A stretch of DNA of 64,000 nucleotides from an uncultured Candidatus Saccharibacteria bacterium (GTDB taxonomy: Bacteria > Patescibacteriota > Saccharimonadia > CAILAD01 > JADZBC01). The translations under genes were made by a program, and so were the position numbers. This document shows positions 30,287 to 40,414 of the stretch, piece by piece; positions within the stretch are counted from its first letter, which is position 1; every line of letters begins with the position of its first letter. The stretch covers positions 17,803-81,802 of the forward strand of contig CAZCAO010000001.1 in NCBI GenBank assembly GCA_964496815.1, read 5' to 3'. The notes under the pieces are model-generated. The model did no database searches. It worked only from the letters and a program-made list of their open reading frames with translations, and was not told the DNA's origin.

Positions 30287-31093
30287 CTAGGAGCCTAGCT
30301 TGAATCCAAGAATGAAATAACCTTCCTTAATTAGGTTCAGGCCGATGCCTGTGGCTTCGGTCGCTAAAGCTTCTTGCTGCCAAGGGTCACATTCGGTAAA
30401 CAGTAAGCCGCCTGGATTTAGATGTAAGGGTAGTTCTTTGAGGAAACGACGATAAATATCTAGGCCATCTGGGCCTCCGAACAGGGCTACACCGGGCTCC
30501 TTCTGAACCTCGGGCATCAGGTCGGCTTTGTCGGCCAGATAGGGCAAGTTACACACCACGACATCAAACTTTTCTTTTATACCATCAAACAAGTCCGCTT
30601 CCCTGAGTGTAATACTTATTTGACGGAGTGAAATATTCTTTTTGGCAACCGCCAGGGCTTCGGGACTCACTTCGGTGGCCCAGACCCTTAGATCTGGTCG
30701 GTGTTGTGCAATTGCGATTGCAATTGCTCCACTGCCCGTACCAATATCGATCAGGCAACTGTTGGCCGGGGCATGCTTGATCGCAAGCTCGACCATTTGT
30801 TCCGTTTCGACTCGCGGGGTGAGAACATGCTCGTTAATATAGAGTTCGATGCCGTAGAATTCTCGTTTGTTTGTTAGATGTACCACCGGCGTGTGTGTGG
30901 CACGGTCACGAATCAGGCGTTGAAATTCTTTGAGTTGAGAGTCGTTTAACTTGGTGGTGTCGTGCGCCAAGAGCCATACTCTGTCGCGACCTAAGACATG
31001 GCAGAGTAGGAGCTCGCTGTCGAGGTGAACCGAATTAACCTTGGCCGCCAGAAGCTCCCTCCGTGCGGCCTGCAGGGCATCTCGGATCATCAT
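30287..31093 (-). CDS. prmC: Release factor glutamine methyltransferase
   Basis: VLTPRVETE, DIGTGSGAIA, NLPY, EP..ALFGGPDGL; next to prfA. Confidence 0.94.
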   Translation of the reverse strand: MMIRDALQAARRELLAAKVNSVHLDSELLLCHVLGRDRVWLLAHDTTKLNDSQLKEFQRLIRDRATHTPVVHLTNKREFYGIELYINEHVLTPRVETEQMVELAIKHAPANSCLIDIGTGSGAIAIAIAQHRPDLRVWATEVSPEALAVAKKNISLRQISITLREADLFDGIKEKFDVVVCNLPYLADKADLMPEVQKEPGVALFGGPDGLDIYRRFLKELPLHLNPGGLLFTECDPWQQEALATEATGIGLNLIKEGYFILGFKLGS

Positions 31094-32161
31094 TTAGTAC
31101 TGGCCTTGTTGCTCAAGCGCTTTTGTAATGTCGGCCTCGCGCAGTTGTTCGAGCATGTCATCGATGTCGCCATCCATGAAGCCAGGCAGGTTGTGACGAG
31201 TGTAGCCAATTCTGTGGTCCGTCACTCGGTCTTGCGGAAAGTTGTAAGTGCGGATTTTTTCGCTTCTGTCACCAGTGCCGATTTGTGACAGACGGGCCTC
31301 ACCAAGCTCTTTGCGTTTTTGTTCTTCCTGAACTGCTAGTAGCCGAGAACGAAGAATACTCATGGCTTTTAGTTTGTTTTTAAGTTGAGACTTCTCATCC
31401 TGGCAGGTCACGACAGTATTGGTAGGAATGTGAGTTAGGCGTACGGCGCTGTCTGTGGTGTTTACACTTTGGCCGCCGTTACCGCTCGAACGATAGACAT
31501 CTACTCTCAGGTCACTTGGGTCAATCTCAATTTCGTTTTCCTCGGCTTCGGGCAGGACTGCGACAGTTACGGTCGAGGTGTGAATCCGTCCGGCCGATTC
31601 GGTAGCAGGAATGCGCTGTACTCTATGCACGCCCGATTCATATTTCATAACGCCATAGGCATTTGGCCCAGTTATTTCGGCGATAAATTCTTTATAACCT
31701 CCCGATGTGCCTGGGTTGTCATTCATGATGGTGAGCTTAAGCCCGTGTCGCTCGGCAAAGCGAGCATACATACGCGCAAGCTCGCCCGAAAAAAGGCTTG
31801 ATTCGTCGCCGCCAGCCCCGGCTCGAATCTCTAGAATAGCATCTTTGCTGTCGTGCGGATCTTTTGGTACGAGGGCGCTACGGACTCGTTGCTTGAGGCC
31901 CTCGAGCCTATGTTCGAGTTCGGGGATCTCTAGTTTGGCTAACTCGGACATCTCTGGATCGTTGAGGAGCTCTTTTGAATCAGCCAATTGCTGCTCGGTA
32001 TGTATGACGTCCTGGAATAATTCTAGTCGCGCCTGGAGTTCGCGCTGCTCAGCAACGAGCTTAGCTGATTTTGAAGATGCGTATACGGTAGGGTTACTGA
32101 GCTCTTTGCTTAGTTCAGCTAGTCTGTCTTCGAGTTGTTGAATGGTTTCTTGGTCGATCAT
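31094..32161 (-). CDS. prfA: Peptide chain release factor 1
   Basis: EIRAGAGGDE, HRVQRIPATE (PAT motif), GGQ, RTYNFPQ. Confidence 0.97.
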   Translation of the reverse strand: MIDQETIQQLEDRLAELSKELSNPTVYASSKSAKLVAEQRELQARLELFQDVIHTEQQLADSKELLNDPEMSELAKLEIPELEHRLEGLKQRVRSALVPKDPHDSKDAILEIRAGAGGDESSLFSGELARMYARFAERHGLKLTIMNDNPGTSGGYKEFIAEITGPNAYGVMKYESGVHRVQRIPATESAGRIHTSTVTVAVLPEAEENEIEIDPSDLRVDVYRSSGNGGQSVNTTDSAVRLTHIPTNTVVTCQDEKSQLKNKLKAMSILRSRLLAVQEEQKRKELGEARLSQIGTGDRSEKIRTYNFPQDRVTDHRIGYTRHNLPGFMDGDIDDMLEQLREADITKALEQQGQY

Positions 32162-32230
32162 CGTTAGGCTCCTAAATACAAAACAACGCTCAGGCTATTA
32201 TAGCAAAAAGAGCGTTGTCAGGTTGTTGAG

Positions 32231-32560
32231 TTACTGGTCTTGCTTAGGTGCGTCAGTCGGTACGGTCGCGTCGCTGATTTCTTCTTTGATTTCTGCTAAT
32301 TTGGCTTTGGCGTCTTTTTCTTCAGTCGCCTTGGCCTTTTTAACGGCTTTGCCAGGATTGGCCTTCTCTTGCTTAGCACGGAATCGGTCTACACGCCCTG
32401 CAGTATCGATCAGCTTTTGTTTACCGGTATAGAAAGGATGGCATTTTGAGCATAATTCAACATTCATCTCCTCTACGGTAGACATTGTATCGAAGGTAGT
32501 CTTGCAGCCAAGGCACGTAACCTTGGTTTTTTTGATGTCGGGGTGAATTCCTGCTTTCAT
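32231..32560 (-). CDS. rpmE: 50S ribosomal protein L31
   Basis: [25 protein letters not shown]; Lys/Ala-rich extension. Confidence 0.95.
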   Translation of the reverse strand: MKAGIHPDIKKTKVTCLGCKTTFDTMSTVEEMNVELCSKCHPFYTGKQKLIDTAGRVDRFRAKQEKANPGKAVKKAKATEEKDAKAKLAEIKEEISDATVPTDAPKQDQ

Positions 32561-32626
32561 AACCTGACTATAGTATCACTTATAGACCAGTTGGTCAACT
32601 CCTACTGGGCTAGCAGGCTGAGGGTT

Positions 32627-33073
32627 TTAGCCCTCGAGGTCGGCTTCTGGCTTACCCATTTTGGCAGTTAATACCACCTGGCGAGTTTCGCCCTCATTGT
32701 CTTTAATCTGGGTTTTTTGCGTTTCGTTGTAGTAGGTGACTAAATAATGACTCATGATTTCTTGCAAATCCTTGAGTTTTGCTCGGTAGTCCTCTACATC
32801 GGCGCTGACTTTTTGGTAATCAGCGTCGGCTTGCAGGATTTTTTTGGCAGTTTGCCGCTTGGTGCTGAGCTCACTAATCTCATCTTTGAGTTGTTGATAT
32901 TCTTCGTTTTGCTGTTCAACGTCTTTGAGCTGTTCTCGTACTGTCTTGAGCTTGTCTTTGGTTTCACGAATTTCCGGTAGTAAACGATGGATTGCTTCGA
33001 GAGTGTTGCGATCTTCAATTGGCTTATCTAGTTTTTCTGGTTTTGCTTCAGGCGTTACGGTTTCGTCAGCCAT
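32627..33073 (-). CDS. Hypothetical coiled-coil protein
   Basis: AAGGAG SD; charged heptad-rich 148-aa ORF. Confidence 0.75.
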   Translation of the reverse strand: MADETVTPEAKPEKLDKPIEDRNTLEAIHRLLPEIRETKDKLKTVREQLKDVEQQNEEYQQLKDEISELSTKRQTAKKILQADADYQKVSADVEDYRAKLKDLQEIMSHYLVTYYNETQKTQIKDNEGETRQVVLTAKMGKPEADLEG

Positions 33074-33143
33074 GTTTTGTCTCCTTTAAGTATTTTGATT
33101 ATGATATGGGATAGATTATAGAGCTTATGGTCTTATCTGCCAA

Positions 33144-34322
33144 TTATTCTGTGCCAACGATGGTGAGTTCTGTTTCGGCGCGAGTTACTGCGGTGTAGAG
33201 CCAGCGTCGCCAGTCATCATCGCTCATCTTTGGAAAGCGCTCTTCGAATAACAGAACACGTGGCGACTGCGAGCCTTGTGCCTTATGCACCGTCAATGCA
33301 TAACCAAAGTCGAATAATGCGCCGGTGTTGTCACCAGGTGCTTTTGGCGGTCGTTGAACAGTTTCTTTCGCACCAAACTGTTCACGCAGGGTGTAGCCCG
33401 AGAACGTCATATTCTCATTATCGAAGTAGATCTCGGTCCAGAACCACTGATTTGTCTCGTCGTCCGGAGCAGGCTCTATACTTACGATAGTGCCAATCAG
33501 TCCATTATAGAGATGTTCACTACGCATATTGCGCAAACAAACCACTACGTCGCCCACAGTCGGCTCTTCGGTTTCTATGTCTCGAAGCGAGCGAATATGT
33601 TTATTTAGAGATACGCGAGTGTGGTTATAGCCGCAAAGCACCATGAGGTCTCCTCGCCAATTTGCCAAGGTGTCTTCGACGATCTGACCGGTTTCTGAAT
33701 CGTATTTGTTTAGCTTTGTTACGCCTGGTCCATAGTCCTTGATCGCAATACTGCCAGTTGTTCTGGCTTGTTGAGCAACTTGAATAATTGGGCTCTCGGC
33801 TTCCTGTCGGAAAATTTGTTCGAGCCGAAGCTGCGGTTCGGCCATGAGATTGAAGTTTGAATTGATAGGGGGAAGCTGGCCGTGATCGCCAACGGCGAGA
33901 ATCGGGATGTCAAAGCTCAAAAGGTCGTTCCAGATCAGCTCATCGACCATGCTCGCCTCATCTACGATAATGATATTGTAGGCGAGTTCATCTTTTAGAC
34001 TCCAGCTCGTGTGGCCTTCGGCAGTCGTGGAGCTGTTGTAGATAAGTGAGTGAATCGTCGATACGTTATCGCCACGGCGTAGGGTCCTTTGTTCTCGGAG
34101 CTTTTGCTTGAGTACCTGCGACGCCTTACCGGTATAGGCACAAAAGGCGACCTTAACATCGCTGTCGTACTCGTGGAGTGCCTGCCGAAGGAGAGCGATA
34201 AGGGTAGTTTTGCCGGTACCAGCATAGCCACCCAGCGTTAAAAACGGTGCTTGTTTTTCGCGATACCAGGCGCCGATGGCCGCCAGTGCTTTAGCTTGGT
34301 TTTGAGAGAGTGTATATGTCAT
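33144..34322 (-). CDS. RecD/Dda-like SF1B DNA helicase
   Basis: GYAGTGKTT, TIHSLIY, IVDEASMV, GDHGQLPP, YALTVHKAQGS, LYTAVTRA. Confidence 0.9.
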   Translation of the reverse strand: MTYTLSQNQAKALAAIGAWYREKQAPFLTLGGYAGTGKTTLIALLRQALHEYDSDVKVAFCAYTGKASQVLKQKLREQRTLRRGDNVSTIHSLIYNSSTTAEGHTSWSLKDELAYNIIIVDEASMVDELIWNDLLSFDIPILAVGDHGQLPPINSNFNLMAEPQLRLEQIFRQEAESPIIQVAQQARTTGSIAIKDYGPGVTKLNKYDSETGQIVEDTLANWRGDLMVLCGYNHTRVSLNKHIRSLRDIETEEPTVGDVVVCLRNMRSEHLYNGLIGTIVSIEPAPDDETNQWFWTEIYFDNENMTFSGYTLREQFGAKETVQRPPKAPGDNTGALFDFGYALTVHKAQGSQSPRVLLFEERFPKMSDDDWRRWLYTAVTRAETELTIVGTE

Positions 34323-34378
34323 GAGGTTTCATTGTAGCAAATATCTTAAAGCCATGATGCTTATGGTAAAATAAGACT

Positions 34379-36802
34379 ATGAGTCTGGCTGAACTAACAT
34401 CCCAACCCAAAAGAGATTTTGAAGGCTCTCAGTCAGATCCCGACAGGGCTCATGCTCCAGTCGAGGGCTTTACCAAGGCTGATTCTGGCTTGTTGCTGCC
34501 AGTTGATCACAGCGGTGACGCGCGGCCAACGAAGTCGGTCGAGCGTGACGCGCTACGGGTTGGTATGGCCGAAGGCAGAGGGTCTTACAGGTATAGTGAC
34601 AAGCTATCAGAACGTGAACAGGAAGAAAAACGGCAAGATTATTTTTCTGATATTCGCAAAATGTCACCCGGTAGTTTGGTAACCGATGAAGAGGCCCAGA
34701 CTATGCATGTGGCAAAAACCCACTCGGAGCTAGAGCGTGAGGCAGCCGTACTTCCTAAGATTATCAATGAGGCAAGGGCCAGGCACGAGCCGACTTCTGA
34801 AGCGGAGCTATATTACGAAGATGTACAGCGGCGGCTTGCTGAGGCAAAGACTGCTGGCGGCAGCGAGGTGCCAAAGCCGCACTTTTACCCAGGTGTGGGC
34901 TTGTCTGGCAAGCTAGAGGCTGCAGCCCAAGCAACTGCCGGCGCGACACCATTACCAGAGGACAAACCAGGTGGCGAAACACCGCAGGAAAACCCCGAGA
35001 CTAAACCAGAAAACGAAACGGTTTGGAAGCCAACGGTGCGCATCACGTCTGATTTGGGTATGAACTCAAAGGACGAATCGGCTGCGGGTGAGCCTGCAAA
35101 GCCTCAACAAGCTATCCGACCAGAGCACCCTGGGGTTTGGAAGCCAACTGTCCGTCCGACATTGGCAGTTGGGTTTGACACAAAGCCCGACTCTCCTGAT
35201 GTCAGTAAGGATAAGCCCAAGGCTGAAAGGCCGAGCGAGGCTGATCATAGTGCGGAGGCTACGAAGGATCGGCTTCTGCCTAGTAAAGCTTGGGATGATG
35301 TGGTGGCACGCGGGAAGGAGTCTGCACGAAAGTTGGGCTTAACTTCTTCGCCAACTACTACTGGCCAGGGATCAGCTGTGGAGCGTCCGACTGAAAGCGC
35401 AAACGATGCTGTGCCTCCTGCCGAGGATACTCCACAGGCCGACAAAGTCTCTGACGCACAGCACAGGCCGGGAAGGGCTTATCACGAACCAATGGATATT
35501 CGGACTCGCCCGGCGTTTGTGTACGACTCTGACCCAGAGGTATTACGCAGTAGTACAGTAACTATTTCTAGTGTCGAAGAACGGTTTCTACATGATGCGG
35601 ATGGTATGCGTAGAGAGTTCTTTAGTCCTAACTCCTGGCACGGCCCGGATTTCAGTCCAATAACCAGTCATGTTGAACGCGTGCACGAAGCGTGTTTGGC
35701 CTTTACTCGTGAAATCATCAATAACCCCAACCAGCCGGATCTGACACGAGAACTATTGCGTGATCAAGATTACGCCCCGGTAAGTTCTGTACTCGTCGGT
35801 GATAGGGAATTCTACTTGAGCAAGGTGTTTGTTGCTGGCTCACGAAGTATGGCCCTCGGCTATACTTTGCTTGATTCTGGCCAGGTTGCGCCACGTATTT
35901 TTTATAAATCAATGTCGAGTGGTGGTTGGCGTGCTCCAGAATACGTTGCTCCAAATGGTCACCTAGGCAAAGGTGGAGACCCTAGGGTGTATACGAACGG
36001 CACACAGGTTCGGGGTGAGTTGGCGACTATGCTTGATGGCCTCGAAGATCAAGGCTTCGTCGTAGCATCTTCTAGGCTGGATGAGGATAGCAGTAAATGG
36101 TATACACCCTATTCTCCTGGGCAGAGTTTTGAATATCGTGGTCCTGTTTTGGGCCGAGAGCTGCTTACATGGGCAAAAGAAGTACAGGTTTTAGCCCCCG
36201 ATCAGAAATTTGAAGATCAAACCAGTGCCTTCTTGCCGGGCTATGGCTTTCGAACAGAAGCTGGGGCGAGGGCTCGTGACTACTTTGCGGCGCTTTCAAC
36301 AGAGCTCGATGATGCCGTTGAGTCAGCTTTTGCTCGGCCACCTCGTCGAATTGATTATGACGGCCACACCTTGCTTGGCCCGATATTCCGTGAGACCTAT
36401 CAGGTGCCATTGCCAACAGCTTGGCTTGAAAACTTACGGACAGCTACAGGCAGTGGCGACATAGGCTCACTAGATATTGAGATGTGCTTTGATAATGAAG
36501 GCCGCACTTGGGTTGGTAACATCCGTTATAGTGGCGCCCCGGTAACCAGTTACGGCACCGATGCATTTGTGATTCCAGGAGGCATGTTGCTCAACAAGCC
36601 ACTTGAATACTCATCACAGGTGATGGGCTTAGAGCCAGGCGTAGACTACGAGCCATTTGAGGGCAGCCAATACGTTGATATTTCACCACTTATCGAGAAG
36701 CTTAAAATCATTAGACTGTTTAAGCGTCTGCGAGTGATTCCAGCCACTCGCCGAGATACTCGCGAAGAAGATACGCAATACTTTCCAGTAGAATCAACCT
36801 AG
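34379..36802 (+). CDS. Large hypothetical protein (disordered N-half, globular C-half)
   Basis: 807-aa ORF; TAAAAT 6 nt before the ATG; no family recognised. Confidence 0.75.
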   Translation: MSLAELTSQPKRDFEGSQSDPDRAHAPVEGFTKADSGLLLPVDHSGDARPTKSVERDALRVGMAEGRGSYRYSDKLSEREQEEKRQDYFSDIRKMSPGSLVTDEEAQTMHVAKTHSELEREAAVLPKIINEARARHEPTSEAELYYEDVQRRLAEAKTAGGSEVPKPHFYPGVGLSGKLEAAAQATAGATPLPEDKPGGETPQENPETKPENETVWKPTVRITSDLGMNSKDESAAGEPAKPQQAIRPEHPGVWKPTVRPTLAVGFDTKPDSPDVSKDKPKAERPSEADHSAEATKDRLLPSKAWDDVVARGKESARKLGLTSSPTTTGQGSAVERPTESANDAVPPAEDTPQADKVSDAQHRPGRAYHEPMDIRTRPAFVYDSDPEVLRSSTVTISSVEERFLHDADGMRREFFSPNSWHGPDFSPITSHVERVHEACLAFTREIINNPNQPDLTRELLRDQDYAPVSSVLVGDREFYLSKVFVAGSRSMALGYTLLDSGQVAPRIFYKSMSSGGWRAPEYVAPNGHLGKGGDPRVYTNGTQVRGELATMLDGLEDQGFVVASSRLDEDSSKWYTPYSPGQSFEYRGPVLGRELLTWAKEVQVLAPDQKFEDQTSAFLPGYGFRTEAGARARDYFAALSTELDDAVESAFARPPRRIDYDGHTLLGPIFRETYQVPLPTAWLENLRTATGSGDIGSLDIEMCFDNEGRTWVGNIRYSGAPVTSYGTDAFVIPGGMLLNKPLEYSSQVMGLEPGVDYEPFEGSQYVDISPLIEKLKIIRLFKRLRVIPATRRDTREEDTQYFPVEST

Positions 36803-36817
36803 TAGCCAAGAAGGTAT

Positions 36818-37513
36818 CTAGTGAGAGGTCGTGTGACGCTTTGGTAGCGTTGCAGCTAGGTCGAGAATCTCGTCTTCATCATCCATAATGTGAAACATCT
36901 CAAGATCGCTCTCGGCAATCGTGCCATAATCTTCTAAGAAAGTTGTCCGCATCATGCGCTCAAGCGGCCGCCAAAAATGAGAGCCAACACACACGATAGG
37001 GATAGGGGGGATTTTGTGCTCTTGTTTGAGTGTGACAAGCTCAAAGAACTCATCCATGGTACCAAAGCCACCGGGGAGTACAATATATAGTCGTGCGGCA
37101 AATGCCAGCATTACCTTGCGAGCGAAGAAGTAATGAAAGTCAATTTGATCCGTTAGAAAACGGTTCGGGGCCTGGTGGTGTGCCTCGAGCTCTATGGTAA
37201 AGCCGACTGATCGACCTCCAGATTCAAATGCACCGCGGTTTGCTGCTTCCATAATGCCAGGTCCTCCACCTGTTACAACGGTGTAGCCAAGTTCTTTTAC
37301 CAGCCGGCTTGAAAGTGTTTGGGTTTTTTTATACAGATCGTGATCTGGATTAATTTGCTTTGACCCAAAGAAAGATACAACCTTATTCATGTCTTCAACC
37401 ATGCGGAAGCCATCGTTGAATTCTTGGGTAATTTCGCACATTCGGGCATCGTCGGCTGTGCCGGTGGCTTTGCAGACATCGCGAATTTCTTGTAGTGTCC
37501 ATGGTTTTTGCAT
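36818..37513 (-). CDS. LOG family nucleotide phosphoribohydrolase (TIGR00730-like)
   Basis: TGGGPGIMEAANRGA, YFFARK, PGGFGTMDE; start 37513. Confidence 0.92.
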   Translation of the reverse strand: MQKPWTLQEIRDVCKATGTADDARMCEITQEFNDGFRMVEDMNKVVSFFGSKQINPDHDLYKKTQTLSSRLVKELGYTVVTGGGPGIMEAANRGAFESGGRSVGFTIELEAHHQAPNRFLTDQIDFHYFFARKVMLAFAARLYIVLPGGFGTMDEFFELVTLKQEHKIPPIPIVCVGSHFWRPLERMMRTTFLEDYGTIAESDLEMFHIMDDEDEILDLAATLPKRHTTSH

Positions 37514-37571
37514 ATTTGTAGTATACGGCAAACTACTTATGTTAGACCAGGCCTCGTGATAGAATCTAGCT

Positions 37572-39368
37572 ATGCGCAAACGCTTTTTGGGAATGTATTG
37601 GATTGTATTGCTGGCTGCTCTCGTTGGTGCTGTTTTTTTATCCCGCCCAGCTCGCGCGAGTGTGGACGACTTTAGTTTCAAGAGCTTCGAGGCTGATTAC
37701 TATCTTTCGCGCGACGATCAGAACGTCGCACAGTTGAAAGTGGTAGAAAAGCTCGTGCCGATTTTTCCTAGCTACGACCAGAATCATGGCTTGCGACGTG
37801 CGATTCCCCAGTCGTACAAGGGTCGCAACCTGGACGTTCGTATTGTCTCGATTGTTGACGACAAAGGCATGCCAAGGCCGTATGAAACACGTAGTGAAAA
37901 CAGTAATCTGGTCGTTTCAATCCGCAGTGATGAATACCTGCATGGTGAACAGACCTATGTTATCACTTATACAATCCGTGACGTGATAACGTTTTACAAT
38001 GATTACGATGAATGGTATTGGGACGTCAACGGTGATCAGTGGCAACAGCAGTTCGGTAGTGTGTTGGCACGTATCCATATTCCAGCTAGTCTTGCCACAG
38101 AGCTCCAACAGCAGCAGAGGTGTTTTTCCGGATCCTATGGATCAACCGAGCAAACTTGTTCGATTATTCGCAAACCGTCTACTGAAGGGGTCGTAGTCGA
38201 AGTAGCTGCGACACGTACACTCCAAGCAGGCGAAAACCTTAGTTTTGTATTAGCTTTTAATAAAGCGACATTTGCAGCTTATAAATTACCTATATGGATG
38301 ATATGGGGAATTATCGGGGGCGGATTCCTGCTTTTTATTTTGCCGCCACTAGTGGCTTTCGTTGTAATGTTGCGACGTTGGCTAAAGTTTGGACGTGACC
38401 GAAAAGGGCGTGGCGTGATTATCGCACAGTATGCACCTGAGCCAGGCGTCCATCCGCTTGTGGCCGATATGTTGCAACATGAGCATTTAGAGACAAATGC
38501 AATTACAGCCTGTTTAATAGACCTTTGCATTCAGGGTTATATCAGGCTGTATGAAATAGAGAAGAAAAAACTATTTGGTAAAAAAACAGACTACGAGCTT
38601 GAACTAAGAGGGAAAGACATAATGGCTTTGACTGAATCTCAGCGCCAAGTAGTGAAGGCAGTGTTTGGTGACACTAATTCCGGTAGTCGCATTAAATTAA
38701 GCGATCTTTCGGGGGAGATATATAAGAAATTTCAGCCAATTGATACAGCAGTGGCGAAAGAAGCCACCGAGCAGGCTCTTTTTGTGGCTGATCCTTCTAA
38801 AGTGCGAGAGCAATATCGTAAAAAAGCCCTATGGCTGATTGTTCCATCTGTCATTATTTTTTTCATTCCAGGAGTCGGCTGGTTTAGTCTCGGGTTTCTG
38901 GTGGCGGGCATTGTGGTTGTTGCCTTTGCCCAGGTTATGCCAGCGAGATCCGCCAAAGGGGCAGCCAGCCTCGAGTACTTAAAAGGCATGCGCCTGTATA
39001 TGCAGATGGCGGAGGCCGACCGAATTAAGATGCTGCAAAGCCCCGAAGGTGCAGAAAAAATTAACATTGATCCAGCCAATAAAGCGCAATTAGTTAAGCT
39101 TTATGAAAAGCTTCTGCCCTATGCTATATTATTCGGCATAGAATCACAGTGGGCAAAACAGTTCTCAGAACTATATTCGCAGCCGCCAGATTGGTATGTG
39201 GGCCGTGGTTCTTTTAATGCCGTGGCATTCTCACATGCAGTAAGTGACTTTAGTAGTGTCTCATCGGAGAGTTTTAGCCCACCATCAAGTTCTGGGTCGA
39301 GTGGATTCTCAGGAGGCGGTGGATTCTCAGGAGGCGGCGGCGGTGGTGGTGGCGGCGGAGGCCTTTAG
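37572..39368 (+). CDS. DUF2207 family membrane protein
   Basis: Signal peptide, DEWYWDV, YEKLLPYAILFG, Gly/Ser-rich GGGGGGG tail. Confidence 0.88.
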   Translation: MRKRFLGMYWIVLLAALVGAVFLSRPARASVDDFSFKSFEADYYLSRDDQNVAQLKVVEKLVPIFPSYDQNHGLRRAIPQSYKGRNLDVRIVSIVDDKGMPRPYETRSENSNLVVSIRSDEYLHGEQTYVITYTIRDVITFYNDYDEWYWDVNGDQWQQQFGSVLARIHIPASLATELQQQQRCFSGSYGSTEQTCSIIRKPSTEGVVVEVAATRTLQAGENLSFVLAFNKATFAAYKLPIWMIWGIIGGGFLLFILPPLVAFVVMLRRWLKFGRDRKGRGVIIAQYAPEPGVHPLVADMLQHEHLETNAITACLIDLCIQGYIRLYEIEKKKLFGKKTDYELELRGKDIMALTESQRQVVKAVFGDTNSGSRIKLSDLSGEIYKKFQPIDTAVAKEATEQALFVADPSKVREQYRKKALWLIVPSVIIFFIPGVGWFSLGFLVAGIVVVAFAQVMPARSAKGAASLEYLKGMRLYMQMAEADRIKMLQSPEGAEKINIDPANKAQLVKLYEKLLPYAILFGIESQWAKQFSELYSQPPDWYVGRGSFNAVAFSHAVSDFSSVSSESFSPPSSSGSSGFSGGGGFSGGGGGGGGGGGL

Positions 39369-39370
39369 CA

Positions 39371-39622
39371 CTAGCTTTGAGTATCGGTCTTTTTGGACTT
39401 TTTCTGCAGAACCTTGGCTTTGGCGGCGTCGTATTTGAGCTTGGCTTTGTGAAGCAGGCCTTTAGCCCAGGCGAATTCAGTAGCAAGAATTGCTAGGCCA
39501 ATAATGACAAACAAAAAGCCCGGCCCTGGTAATACAAAAAACATAAAGCCTACGATGACGACTGTGCCGCCAATCAGGCCGATTGCGAAACGCTTGGTGT
39601 GTCTAAATATAAAATCAACCAT
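39371..39622 (-). CDS. PGPGW-family small membrane protein
   Basis: VLPGPGFL..GLAILATEFAWA. Confidence 0.85.
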   Translation of the reverse strand: MVDFIFRHTKRFAIGLIGGTVVIVGFMFFVLPGPGFLFVIIGLAILATEFAWAKGLLHKAKLKYDAAKAKVLQKKSKKTDTQS

Positions 39623-39679
39623 TACGGCTATTATAGCAGCTTACTAGTAGCCCGTGGCTTTACGGGCTATAATAAAGTT

Positions 39680-40414
39680 ATGATTGAAGTAAAGAACGTG
39701 TGCAAAACGTATGGCGAGGGCGATAGCGCCTTCACTGCTTTATATAATGTCCATGTTTCTATTCCAGAGGGCAGTACGGCGGCAATAATTGGCAAAAGTG
39801 GCTCTGGCAAGTCGACGCTAATGCATATCATGAGCGGGCTTGATCACGCCACGAGCGGCGACGTCATCGTGAGCGGCAAAAATTTGCATGATCTTAAGCC
39901 CAAACAAATGGATGCCTTCCGTGCTACTGAAATGAGCTTTATCTTCCAAGCCTTTTTTATTGAAGCCAACCAGACGTGCCTGCAGAACGTAATGCTGCCA
40001 CTTGAAATATCCAAGGCGACGCGACGCACTCGACGTAAACGCGCAGAGGAAGCCTTGGCAGCCGTGGACTTAAGTGAAAAAAGAGACACTTTGGCCGGCA
40101 ATTTATCCGGCGGCCAGAAGCAGCGCCTGGCCATAGCGCGGGCGATTGTGAACAAGCCAAAGTTAATCTTCGCCGATGAACCAACGGGCAACCTAGATAG
40201 CACGACGGGCGAGATGATTATAAAATTGCTGTTTGAGCTCAATCGACAGCTTGGCTGTACGCTCGTGATTGTCACGCACGACGAGGAGTTGGCTGATCGC
40301 TGCCAAATGAAGATCTATATGAAGGATGGCGAGATTAGTGCAGTACATGGGCCTAAGGCGCAGGCTAAGGCCAAGACGACTGTATCAAAGGCTAAACCTA
40401 AGAGGCGTGTCTAA
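39680..40414 (+). CDS. ABC transporter ATP-binding protein (LolD/MacB-like)
   Basis: GKSGSGKST, LSGGQKQR, ADEPTGNLD, VTH; start 39680. Confidence 0.93.
   Translation: MIEVKNVCKTYGEGDSAFTALYNVHVSIPEGSTAAIIGKSGSGKSTLMHIMSGLDHATSGDVIVSGKNLHDLKPKQMDAFRATEMSFIFQAFFIEANQTCLQNVMLPLEISKATRRTRRKRAEEALAAVDLSEKRDTLAGNLSGGQKQRLAIARAIVNKPKLIFADEPTGNLDSTTGEMIIKLLFELNRQLGCTLVIVTHDEELADRCQMKIYMKDGEISAVHGPKAQAKAKTTVSKAKPKRRV

Noticed and set aside
39290-39365. GGATTCTCAGGAGGCGG duplication and GGN runs
   Set aside because: Encodes the ordinary Gly/Ser-rich tail of DUF2207 proteins.
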